Origin: Phoronis australis
Lineage: Eukaryota > Animalia > Phoronida
NCBI GenBank assembly: GCA_002633005.1
Contig: NMRA01000038.1
Coordinates: 453,634 to 517,633, forward strand
Reading direction: 5' to 3'
DNA length: 64,000 bases
Of this stretch, positions 53,001-64,000 are shown one piece after another (position 1 is the stretch's first letter; each line of letters starts with the position of its first letter). The notes beneath the pieces were generated by a model that saw nothing but the letters and a program-made list of their open reading frames with translations, ran no database searches and was not told the origin of the DNA. The position numbers and the translations under genes were made by a program.

Positions 53001-56000
53001 CATGTATGTGGACCCCTTGTGGGATTTGGAGTAATTATCACTCTGAGGTGATCCAATTCACAGTCTAGATATGAGAAATAATGCCTCGCTATTTAATAAT
53101 GTATACATTTTGTTCCTGTATGCGTTGTCCTTTGTCAGGTGAAGAGGCAGTGCGATGAGCTCTTGGGTAAAAATGGTGAACTGTCTCGGGCCAACACTCA
53201 GCTGAGACACAAAGTATCGGAGACTGACCAGCAGGTCAAGGATCTGCGAGAGAAGGTGTCTGGCTACAGGGCTCAGGTGGAGAACTTACAGAGGAACAAG
53301 AAGGAAATGGAGATAGCGCTGCACAGGATGCAGGTATGGCGATGATGGAATGACACAGCGCCCTCTGTGTTTCTGCAGTAGGTGCAACGATTAGTTCATT
53401 TGCAATCAAATCGCAATGTAGGTATGCCAAGGCCCAATTCAGTTCCATTTTTAATTTCAATTTTTGCCGTTAGGTTCTTTCAAAGTTAGGACTTATTCAT
53501 ATCTTTTAAAAAGTATTAGGATTATGCTTGACAAATAAACAGCCTGGGATTGTTTATTAGTCGGAATTTTATCAAATTTCACAATTTTTGATCTCTACTT
53601 TTTAAAAATGCAATTTTTGATACTGGTTTTGTATAGTCACATGTTTCTGAACAAAAAATGGCTGCGCCCATCATGTATTCGGAGTTCTCATTTTTGACGA
53701 GTATAGGATCGTTTGAGAAAAAAGAACTGATTTGAAAACAAAAATCGAATTGAAAATAATCGAATTTCTCCTAAAAAGAATCGAATTCCTAAAAATGTTT
53801 GTCATCCCACCCCTATTTACTCACAATGCTGCACTCCTGTAGAGCACTTTGTCCTCAGTTTTCCATTGGTGTCATGCAAATCATATTTGATTGGATTACC
53901 TTTGTCATGGTGATTCAAATTAGGTTTTACTGTAGCATAGTGAGCTGCTATGTGGACATCAAAAAATTTGAAAAGCTGAGACACGATAGCACGTTTTTAA
54001 GTGGTCCAACTCTAAGTACCTAGAAGTGTGCTAGCGGTCCTACCTTCACTGATGTCTCCAGACCTGTTAACGTCACTGACATTTACAACAGAGCATCAGC
54101 GATGAAGTGGAAGAGCTCGATCGTGTCAAACAGGAATACATATCGAAGAATGCAGAGCAGGCGCGAGCGATCGGCACTTTCGTCACGCAGATCGAGTCCC
54201 TACAGGTGGAGTTGAAGACGATTGCTCGGTCGCAGAGTGAGATGGTGGCTAAGACAAAGGAGTTGGAAAAGCAGTTGAAGGAGGAGAGGGAGAGATATGA
54301 GGACCTTATGGCTGATTATGAGGTAGGAAGGTGGGAGAGAAAGGTAGGGAGGGGTACAGAGAGGGGTGGNNNNNGGACACAGAGAGGTAGGGAGGGGGAC
54401 ACTGAGAGTAAGGAGGGGGGCACAGAGATGTAGGGAGATAAATTTTGGTGGATGGTTTTCGTCTTTGGACATGTGAGTGCCTCGGTGAAAAATAGCATGT
54501 GGTGTGATCCTTAATTCAAAATATGTTTTCAGACTGAAGGGACAACTGGCTGTGTTTTCTCATGTTGTGATTGGCACACCACACTCCACCTAGACTCTCC
54601 AAGCCCAGTTGGGGTGGGTCTTATAAGCCCTGGCTGCAGCGGTGTAATTAAATGATGATGATACCTTTATTTTGTGCATAAACTAGAGGGATTCATGCAG
54701 ATAACTGCAACTTCAGGAGTATCCCCAGCGTTATGGATGTCAGCCATAAGTCAATACAATTGGATGGTGATCCCACTACTAGCAAATCAACATCCTGATG
54801 ATGTCCCTGCATGTGTCATGTTGTCATTGGGCTCTGTATTGGGCAGTAATGTCCCTGCATGTGTCATGTTGTCAGTGGGCTCTGTATTGGGCAGCAGTCA
54901 GATATAACATGAACACATTTTGATGCCCGTTATTCAGTGGAGGAAACTGGTTCTCAAAATGCGGACACGTTCTATCCCTCTGTTGCCCAGTATTGTGCTT
55001 ACTATGTTTCTATATTTCTCATTGTTTCCAGGAAACTAAAAGAAGGGAAGAGAACCTGGAAACACTGCGGCAAAAAACTGAGGACAAGTTGCTGGAGGCC
55101 AAACATGAATCCATGCAGGTTTGTTTGCATTAAAAGGACAATTTGCCACACTCAGTGTGAAAGCATGTTCAAGGAGTTTCATAATGGGTGTCAAGATTTA
55201 CAGCCTGTTTGTCTATAGGGTTGTAGAAATTGCAGAAATGTATTATTTTATTGGCTTGTTTCTGTCTCATAACTGCCTGGTGACTACTGGTTTTATTTTG
55301 CACTAAAACATGGCCATAACAAGCCATGAGACCCTTACACCTGTTATTGTCTTCTATTCTCGACAGAAGTGGGGAGAATCTGTGTCAGATGCAGAACTGT
55401 TCACCGCGTTAGTGTTCACCATGCTTAAGACTAACTGCAGTTAGTCACTTGATTGTGATTCTGCCTGTGTTGTAAATTGTTGAAAATGAGCAGCAAAATG
55501 ACGTTAATTATGTTTTTTTTTTTTAAATTTAAGTCGAAATTCAATCTTAGAAAAAGTTTGCACGAATCAAGAAGAATTTGTTGAAATTTATACCCAACTG
55601 TTAAAGTAGTAAATGAGGTGAAGTGCTACAGACATCTTCTTTATAGATATACATCACCATGGTTGTGGTTTCACTGGGGTTCAAAATAATGTACTTAATT
55701 GTTTAGTAACCCGAGGCGGGGGTATTAAATATCAGTGAGATAAGAACACCCACCCCTTTATACAACACCCATGCTGTAGTATTGAAGTGGACAGTTTGCT
55801 AGATTGAGTATGGAGGCTTGTTCAAGTGATTGAGGAGACCATTTGTTCACACTGTAGGAAAACGGGAGGCAGTCAGGTGCTATTACCATGTCGCTATATG
55901 TTTATATCTTCTATGTTGTCAGATTTCCTCTAGTCTCCAAGATGCCCATCAGTGGTTCAAGACAAAGTTTGAACATTTACAAGGTGAACTACTTCGCTCC

Positions 56001-57421
56001 AGGTAGGAAATCATTAAGTTTTGAAAGGTATTCAAATGAGTAATTTCAGTTTCTTTAAAAGAGTTTAGATTTGTTCTGACTGGCAGTTAATAGCTTCAGG
56101 AGGCATCGTAAGTGAGCATAGTATGTGTCTTTCAAAACTATGGATACTCCACCTCGGTAAGTGTTCAAAAACTCGTTGCAGAAAAACGCAAGCTCAACTC
56201 GAGCAAGAGAACTTTGAACAACGACAGGCGATTGAGGAAGAGAAGCGTCGGGCACAGGAAACTTCGGAGAAGGCGCGGGAAATGTTACGGGTACGAAAGG
56301 CATTGTTCTCATTATGTTACAGATCTGTGTGATAAATTTGTGAAGTTCGATTTGAGTGTTGTTCACATGCATACAACTCAATAGATTTCATTATCATGGG
56401 CATGACAAGCACCAAGTACTTAGTATATTGTCAACCTTCTACGATTTAAACAGGCAAAAAAAGTCACATTACGTTTCAGCTATATTGAATGCTGCTTTGG
56501 TATTATTAATATTGGCGTGGGACATCCTCTATCAGTCTATGTCATGTCATGAAAATTGAGTCGTGAAACAAGTTACCCCAATGTTTTTGTTTTCTGTGGT
56601 GGCATTCTTGACTTTTACTGAAGTGCTTCACTTTGAAGTGAGGCACTTTTGACCTGGCAAAGAAAGGATTAGGAATTATGACTTGTTTGCCACTGTTATC
56701 ATTGATGGAGTTTGAAAAAGATTTAATATGAAGAGCCTTTGTCACAACTAATTGTGCATTTTATATAATTGCAAAATCTGCAACATTTGTGGTAGACGCC
56801 TGGGTAAATTATGATGAATTATTTCCTAAAAATAATAATGATTTTACTTATACACTGAAGTACTGGTCATGGATTTGTCTTCAGGCAAGTCGTCAGTCTG
56901 TGCGACAAATGGCTGACCACGCCCAGTTCGCAGAACATGAGACCAAAGAACACATGAACTACCTGGGCAAGAAGTTAGTTGGAGAGAGATTACACAGTAA
57001 ATATATGGACAGGAAGTACACCAATCTACAGGTGGGTGTGTTGAGGCACTATTAAAGGATCATTTTTACATTGTTATGTAGTGGATATTTTATGCTCCAA
57101 TGGTATTTGAACGGTGTTTGCTTTCAAAAACGACTTTATCATATGAATTGAGTTGACATTGTTTACATAAAATATTGCTTTTCTGTGTATAAAGCACTGT
57201 CCTAGCTAGACTAAGTTCAGTTCATTTCAACCTGGCTTTTCATGAAAAGCGAGTTCAACCGTTCTGTGGCAGTTGCTTTTGCACTCCATGGGAATATGAT
57301 TTGCATGTTGAGATTTAGAAGGTAGAAAACCTTACACTATTTTCAGGAATCCAGTAGCAGACAGTTGGAAGCTATACTGAAAGATCTGGATGATATCAAG
57401 ACAAAGAAATATGACTACTGA
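38052..57421 (+). CDS. CCDC150: Coiled-coil domain-containing protein 150-like (about 1142 aa, 22 coding exons)
   Basis: Exons 38052-38196, 38498-38895, 39308-39493, 40155-40284, 43013-43155, 44376-44483, 44934-45043, 45628-45805, 46225-46386, 47511-47702, 48769-48960, 49298-49467, 50354-50447, 51120-51289, 52170-52296, 53139-53333, 54092-54322, 55032-55118, 55923-56002, 56182-56290, 56885-57031, 57347-57421. All GT-AG with consistent phases (3429 nt). LQKRLRVAE, NYENLVSRVCKTESVLQTLKLNM and AHQWFKTKF resemble CCDC150 motifs as recalled. Confidence 0.85.
40407..41926 (+). mobile_element. Helentron-associated non-autonomous element (HINE/DINE-1/pearl-like)
   Basis: T-run, 5' subTIR ATGCGCCCACA (40412-40422) with adjacent inverted copy TGTGGACGCAT, (GTCC)n microsatellite, internal tandem units (CATGAAATTTGG...CTAGTGGC), 3' subTIR TGTGGGCGCAT (41890-41900), hairpin CAACGC-TCC-GCGTTG, then CTCTTGTTT. 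Confidence 0.8.
40878..41508. other. Assembly gap (N run) inside the HINE tandem array
   Basis: Run of N. Confidence 0.98.
42167..42470. mobile_element. Old degenerate inverted repeat with an eroded hammerhead-like motif
   Basis: 42167-42243 is loosely reverse-complementary to 42397-42470; right arm has TTGATGATG...CCATCGAAACG. Confidence 0.4.
43930..44005. mobile_element. Small hairpin MITE-like repeat, copy 2
   Basis: GCCCGCATTTTGAGAACCAGTTT pairs with AAACTGGTTCTCAAAATGTGGGC. Confidence 0.7.
54801..54896 (+). repeat. 48-bp tandem duplication
   Basis: ATGTCCCTGCATGTGTCATGTTGTCA...GGGCAG occurs twice. Confidence 0.9.
54912..54968 (-). mobile_element. Small hairpin MITE-like repeat, truncated copy 3
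   Basis: TTCAGTGGAGGAAACTGGTTCTCAAAATGCGG is the reverse complement of the family left arm. Confidence 0.6.
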
Positions 57422-58491
57422 GACATATTTTCAACGCATCAACTGACTTTTTTAGTCAGGTGCTAACGATGAGCTATGTGCTCAGTCAACAGACTCGAAT
57501 ATCATTTTGGTAAGGTCACATTTGCACCTTGTGAACCATGAGGTTTTTTCTCCTGAGGTAATGAGGTAAATATCCAACTTAGTACTTGCTTCACAAGCCC
57601 AAATCTTCAGTGCGGGGGTCACCTGAGCCAAGTGCTCAGATTTCCACTGACAATAGGGCCGTCCCGGATTACGCAGCAACACTCAAATCTCGCTGTAATT
57701 ACCCACAATGCCGCAAATATCCGTCAGGCACATTTGGTGCCCCGTTTTTGTGCCACTGGAGTTTCACATGTTATTTGTTATTGTCTGATTCTTTACAAGT
57801 TTTTCTGGGTTGCAATACTCTATTCCGTCTTTCCCATGTCAACAACGTATTACTGCTGTGCTGTGGACCGAATTCTATCGCTGTGTAATCAGAGATGTCT
57901 CTAATGACCTATGGTAAAAATTCTATAGCTTGGAAGAGTAGCTAAAAGCTGGGGACACCGAAAATCAAGTAAAAATTAAAATTTTCTTGATTCTGAAGAT
58001 TTGAACCAGAGTGATTTTTGTGTTCATTATATTTCATAAATTGTTGAAAAAAAAGACTCATAATAATTATTAGGGTTGCAAAATGGCTTAGACACCTTTA
58101 CTTTTCTGTAAATTCCCCTTCATTCTCGGTCATGAAATAAAAATAGTAGGACGATGAATTCGGCTTCTGTCTAGCAGTCATGATGGAGTAATTCAGGGCC
58201 ATCGTGTGTAATATTTTTGGCGTGTACTGTATGCGATTGTAACTTACTTGCCTAGTTTCATATTTCAAATTCACATCAGTTTAATAACAACTGTGATGCT
58301 GTGCTGTGTTTTTGCATTGAATATGTCGACTAGACGAGAGTGGTCAATCACTGTGATGAAAATGAACATTTAGAAATTTGTAAAAACATTACGTTACCTC
58401 AAAATGGACATGTACTCGTCATTGTATATAACATTTTCACTAAGTTATAACTATTCATTTCATGCTCATCACAAATTGATGTTTGCAAAAG

Positions 58492-58524
58492 AATAAAACC
58501 TTTATGATGTGTGTCCAGTTTATT
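58492..58524. terminator. Opposed polyadenylation signals of CCDC150-like (+) and XRN1 (-)
   Basis: AATAAA at 58492-58497 followed by GT-rich sequence; TTTATT at 58519-58524. Usage inferred. Confidence 0.45.
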
Positions 58525-60275
58525 TTGATTTACATCTGGATGTAAGTGATCAATATTGTACTATTTAAGTGTTCCGCATGTGTGTATAGATGACAGTGTT
58601 AGCACTGGAACAGAACCAATACAGTCGAATAGACAAGTAATTTAGTTCTTTTCAGAAAAAAGTTGATGGAATCGCGTGAAATTTTGGTGCTAATGTATAT
58701 GAAGAACTTAACGACAAAGCTATCTGAACATCATCTATGCTAAACATCTATGCCAGGCAGTCACTGAGATAAGGATTTAGTGCACAAGTTCCACTTTAAA
58801 TCATTACAAAATTTTGATCTATGGAGAGCCCTAAAGGAAGAGAACTTTGTATTTATTAGTCATCCATTTTCATGCAATTACTTCAGTGTACTTTGAGATT
58901 TGACATGTATATAAAAATCCTAAAACAGAGATGAAACCTAAAACTGATAAAATATTGAAATGCTGAGAAAGAATTCCAATAAAAGGTTGCAAACTTAACC
59001 TAATTGTAGCAATACACAGATTTCATAGCATGCATCGAAGTATTCAACTAGAAAGTGTCTGTCCGACATTCTGGTATGGACCACCTGTGTGCAAATTGCG
59101 ATGTACCAATTCTTAGTTTGCCATCTGTCAATACTCTGTAAAACACTACATGTATTTCTTATTGACATCCACGTTTTGTCTTCACTCCAAGGCCTGTTTA
59201 ACATAATGCAAAATATCTTTCCTAAACACACAGTAGAATGTACAAGTTGGATCCAACCGAACCGAGAGACTTCATCTGAGTAAAGCGAAATCCGACTTAT
59301 TTGAAGGACTGAATGCACGAATTAGGACACTCGTACCACAAAACTTTGTCTAGGAGCGAAAATACAACAGGCATATCTGACTTATACAAGTTTTATGTAT
59401 TAAACTTCTAAAAAAACCTCTTGGTTGTGGGAAAACGCAATAGAGAAAAATGTAATCAACAACTGGTAATTTTCTAACCTTTGTTAAAATTAAACTCTTA
59501 ATATCACAGTGAGTTGTTGGTAGTCAAAGCTATGGTATGTCCCCTGTGCATTAAATGTACAATATTTTGAATGGAAGAGTATTGCATTGTTTTAAACAAA
59601 GATCATTTTATCATTTTCCTTACTTTTAAGATGCAGGCCTCGATTTTCCTTTAGCTGTTGGACTCTATTACAATGACTAGCATCAAAAGTGCATTCCTCT
59701 AACTCACAATATGTACTCTGTGTGCAAATTCACAACTTTGCAGCAGACATTATTGAAATCATTCAGTACCACCAAACTTTTCACAAAATAAAACACGTAG
59801 CCAACAATTTAAGTGCATGTATACTGTAAAATGTGAGTACCCGTAATTTCTCAAAACATTGTCTACAGTACATAATCTAAAGTTGATAAAGCGTTTTTGA
59901 CACTAATCTTTTATGAAGAAAAGGAGAAAATAAAATTTCATTGATGAGGTTTTATCACACTCTGCTTCGATCAGTTCTTTGTGAGCACAACTACACAGAC
60001 ATCTAGTTCACTAAACACTGTTCAGTGATTGCACCTGCACCGGTTGGTTGTCTGGGAATGATGTCATAGGATATGAGCCAGTGGAGTTGCTGAGTGCGTC
60101 AATTATCAACTGTTGCATTGATCCAGAGCGATTTGTATTTCACAAATAAAACCTTCCGAATTTTAATATGAAAGTATTACCCTTAGGACTACACCTGTAA
60201 CTTTGAGCCAGTAATTACTACCCAAAAGAAGAAATGTCCATCAATTTTTCTGGAGTGCAGAGCAAGCTTGTTTAT

Positions 60276-63200
60276 CTAATCCTTTGCTCCACCAAAGTTA
60301 GCAGCCAACCTAGACTTGGGTCTCTTCCGTGTTTTTGTATTAGCAGCTGACTTAGAAGCAGTGTCTTGGGGTTTACTCCTGCTTGCATACTGTGCCGATT
60401 TCCCATCTTCGTCAGCAGAGTTGCTCCTGACAGCTGGGTCACTACTGACATTTTGCTTTGGTGATTTCTCCTTGTCTGAATCCGTGTCTTTGGAATTTCC
60501 TCTCTTTTCCTTTTGCGGTGTCGCCATTTTTTTGCTGACCTGTAGCAAAAATTGTGGCCTTGTTCAGAAAATGGCGAACATAAATAAATGAAAGAAGCAA
60601 TCTGCAACATTAAAACAAAAATATAGACTACGAACCTCCATGAAATATGCCTTCGCAGCATGCATGCCAACTCGATTTACTGTCCATACACCCACTAAAA
60701 ATATCTGAAACTAACTAATGACAAGATTCAACAATTTGTTTGCTCACCTGAAGAGGAACAAATGGGTTGTTGCTGTTACCAGAATGTTGCCTCACTCTCC
60801 CTTCGCCTGCCTCCTGCCCTCCGCTGGCAATCTGATGATGGTGTTGTTGGTGCTGACCAGCTCCCTGCCATTGTTGCTGCTGTTGTTGTAACGCCACCTG
60901 TTGGTGTGACTGCAGATAATGTTGCTGTTGCTGGAACCTCTGCTGGTCCTGCTGTTGGTGGTGGTGTTGATGCTGGTTAGTGTGCCAACTCCTGTTACCA
61001 CCACCATGAGGGTAGGCATAGTTCTGATGGCGATGGATGGGATGCTGGTACATCTGGCCAGGATGGTAAGTGTGCATCCCCTGGTAGTTCTGTTGTTGCT
61101 GATGGTGGTGCGGTGGTGCCCATTGTGGTCTGGCTTGCTGGAACTGCTGCTGGTAGTAAGGGTAGGAGCGTGGTTGCAGAGGATGGTAATGGTAGTTTGT
61201 TGGAAACTGTGGACGAGCTTGTATAGCGTATTGTTGTGGCCTGGGCTGAACCTGGCCAACGTGAGACACCGGATGACTCACATCACCTGCAAGTGAGTGG
61301 AAAGGTAATGCATAGGCAATGAAACTTTGAAAGCGCTAAATTTACACATGGCAAAATTTCACCTTAAATGTCACTGTGCTGCTTTTTACATTAAAAAAAT
61401 TGTCGGGTAATTTTTTATTTAAAATTCTGTTTTCTGTAATAATACTTGATCACATATCGAGAGAAAAAATCACTATTCAAGGCAAGTTAGTCAAACGCAA
61501 TACATTAAACAAGGACCAAACCTATGGTAAGAGCAACTGAACCTCTGCTTTAAACATTGACAAAGCAACGTAAACACAATAGACAGTTCTATCAAGTACA
61601 GAACCTGCTTGGTTAACACACCGCAAATAGGCATTAACTATAGTAACACACGACTGGGGTACACCCAATCAAAAGTTTCACAGTACTCTACCCAACTGCT
61701 TACCTGGTCCTAACGGACTAACAGGTGTGAAGGCTGACGGTTGTCTACCAGTTGCTTGTTGCTTACTGGTTGCGGATGACGCAGTATGGCGGGACTGAAA
61801 TACAAATCAAGAATTTTAAGATTGAGAAGTAATGTCCTTTATCCTACCGAAGCTTTTTTCCTTCAAATCACACCTTTTAGCTGTAGGAAAAAGGACATTA
61901 ACTCAAGTGGAAAAAACACTTCACAGCAAAAATCAGCAGCCAGTCAGAGGGTACCTAGAGCCTGATGAGTACATTATGCAGAGGCCAGATTAGGAAAGTT
62001 GCGTCGCTATCACCTACAAATTTTGCCAATGGGGTGTATGGCCATTGAAGTCGTTTGTAACACATTGAGTGTACAAGAGATTATCTCCCTTGGTTGCAAC
62101 AGTCAACACTCAAGGTTTTGTGATCAGGGAGAGGTAGATACTCTACATCTCTGCTTTGTTCAGGAGATGATGAAAGGATCAGAGGGCAAGAATTTCTTGA
62201 AACATTACACAAACTTAGAGAATATTGCATTTAGCTGAGCAAAAATTCAATACTTACTCAAGACGAATAAGTCAATTTTATACACCATTTTAAAGGTACA
62301 CTTTCTTGACAAATGATTCCTTAATAAACCATACAGGTTCTCACAAAAGCCATTTTCTGATATAGCGGCAACTTGGTGAACTACAACTTGTCATTAGATA
62401 GCGATAGCGCAGTTGGTTGATTGTTCTGCATTCTTGTTTGGACTTAATGCAGAAGGATATTTTCCAGTAATGTTTATAAATCCTATGCGACCATCGCAGT
62501 CAAATTTCCCCTGTTGTGAGGTGGGATATTCAAACGATTCCATCAAAAATGTCCAAGATCTCAAAATGTCAGCGAACGAAAGAAATTAACTTTCATCTCA
62601 ATCAACTCAGCCAATCTTGTGCACCAGAATTAAAAATTGTGTCAAGAGAAAGATGCTTTTGCACTCTCACAATGTTAAAGATTTCTACAACAGATCCGAA
62701 GATAAATCTGCCACGTTTCAAGCACCGATAAATCATACAAGCAAGTCTTGCTGCCCTAAACAATTACTAAAATTTTGAGAAAGCAGACGGAGCAGTGGAT
62801 ATCCTCTAATGGTGAGTATTTATCTCCCCTTGTCTCACTCTGTTCACAATAACTCACCACCTGCAGCAGGGCCATAGCTGCTGAGCTTTCAGATGCCTGC
62901 TCTTTCGTCCTACAGGCGGAGCCTTGCACCCTCAATCCCGTACCAAGGGTTACACATGCGAAAAATAACCCCTATAATAGAAAGCAATTTACATCATTAA
63001 AAAAAGCACATCAATTTTATATGCCAAGTGTAATTTTCCGACAAAAAAGACAAATGTTATGTTTGGCACTGCCACGCATAACTGAATGTTTGAGTTGTGA
63101 TATGGCTCACAAAATGAGTTGTTATTTAACATATTATGAAATAGTTTACAGGTATAACACTTTTTAAAGTTTGAATTTTCCAAACACGCACATTTCCTAT

Positions 63201-64000
63201 CAATGCATCTTTCTTTTCTGCTAAAATTTACAAAAATACACGGTCGCGTGACCCAATTTATTGAAGATTGCTAAAAATATAAATCAAGTTCTGCAGGCTA
63301 TCTACTTTCGGAAAATATCAACTTTAACTGACTTAAAATCTACAATTTTAAAGATATTTGGCTAAATACTTGTCAATAGGAAGCTACACAGTAACTAGGC
63401 AACACACTCACCTCTCCTGTTGGAAAATGATCATAATGAGGAGGTGGTATCTGGGAATTACTACTCCATGTAGCTAAGTCCTCCACAGCAGTGCTGGAAA
63501 TAAACACGCAGGTCAGAGGTCAACTCAGTGAAAAGCGACTCAAGATTTAAGTCAGAAAATTTCGTCTTAAGCTCCACACAACTATTTTCAAAAAAAAAAA
63601 CCAATCTGATCTAATTTCAGCGAGCTACAAAAAATCTCTCAGAATGTTCCCATAATGGCTAATTATTCGGAAATTTGTATTAAGTTCTTGCTAAGCGTGA
63701 TGTGCTCGCAATTACATTGCAAAGACGTTATTTTATGCAAACTTTCTTAAGTCTTAATGTACTTCTCATGAAACGGGCCCTAGGTCTGAGGTTTGGCATC
63801 CCTGTAAATGATTCACTGAAAAAATATCGTGTCAAGGAAGTGGCCACTATATGAAGTGCACTGCTTAAGAAACCAAAACATATCGGCTCAATTTACATGG
63901 CTCTGTAACTACGCCCAATTTACAGAAACATGGTCAACTACTTTTAGTTAGATGGAAGCCTACTCCAATGATGAATTGGGCTTCTGCCCAGCTGATGTGA
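60276..64000 (-). CDS. XRN1: 5'-3' exoribonuclease 1, 3' end (continues beyond the right edge)
   Basis: Exons >64000-63964, 63493-63412, 62971-62858, 61794-61704, 61286-60748, 60539-60276, with consistent phases. They encode a dsRBD-like segment (PPPHYDHF...CVTLGTGLRVQGSACRTKEQASESSAAMALLQ), NPFVPLQVSKK and terminal KSRLAANF, matching recalled metazoan XRN1 C-terminal motifs. The nuclease domain is not in the window. Confidence 0.85.
62990..63390. repeat. Dispersed repeat in an XRN1 intron (related to 31140-31720)
   Basis: Shared GGTC[AG]CGTGACCCAATT block and downstream similarity. Confidence 0.45.
63535..63781. mobile_element. Partial MITE-like element ending CATGAAACGGGCCC
   Basis: The right end resembles a PIF/Harbinger-type terminus; no matching left TIR was found. 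Confidence 0.35.

Noticed and set aside
61950-62015. Additional XRN1 exon (tttgtag acceptor)
   Set aside because: Stops occur in all frames before a good donor, and the flanking exons already join in phase.
62400-62425. tRNA-like A-box GCGATAGCGCAGTTGGTT
   Set aside because: No B-box or cloverleaf downstream; at most a decayed SINE head.
63965-64000. Possible C/D-box snoRNA (ATGATGA...CTGA) on the + strand
   Set aside because: Too short, antisense to the host gene, and it reads as an in-phase XRN1 exon on the - strand.

Overview
Gene-dense eukaryotic (invertebrate, probably lophotrochozoan) genomic DNA, AT-rich, with spliceosomal introns and scaffold gaps. Six protein-coding genes were reconstructed by hand from GT-AG sites and reading-frame phases. 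In order: (1) the 5' part of an unidentified membrane-protein gene (- strand, runs off the left edge); (2) a head-to-head AT-hook/11x C2H2 zinc-finger gene (+, about 791 aa); (3) a 237-aa single-coding-exon gene with an unrecognised Cys/His-rich domain (-); (4) TAF13 (-); (5) a 22-exon CCDC150-like coiled-coil gene (+, about 1142 aa); (6) the 3' end of XRN1 (-, runs off the right edge). Non-coding DNA holds MITE-like elements, a Helentron-associated (HINE/DINE-1-like) element and microsatellites. The most notable signal is a set of unrelated intronic palindromes whose arms carry minimal type-I hammerhead ribozyme motifs of the Penelope-like-element kind. One has the U3-A8 core variant, and one is broken at its centre by an apparent allelic deletion visible in a duplicated haplotype segment. 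All identities come from recalled motifs; no database search was run.
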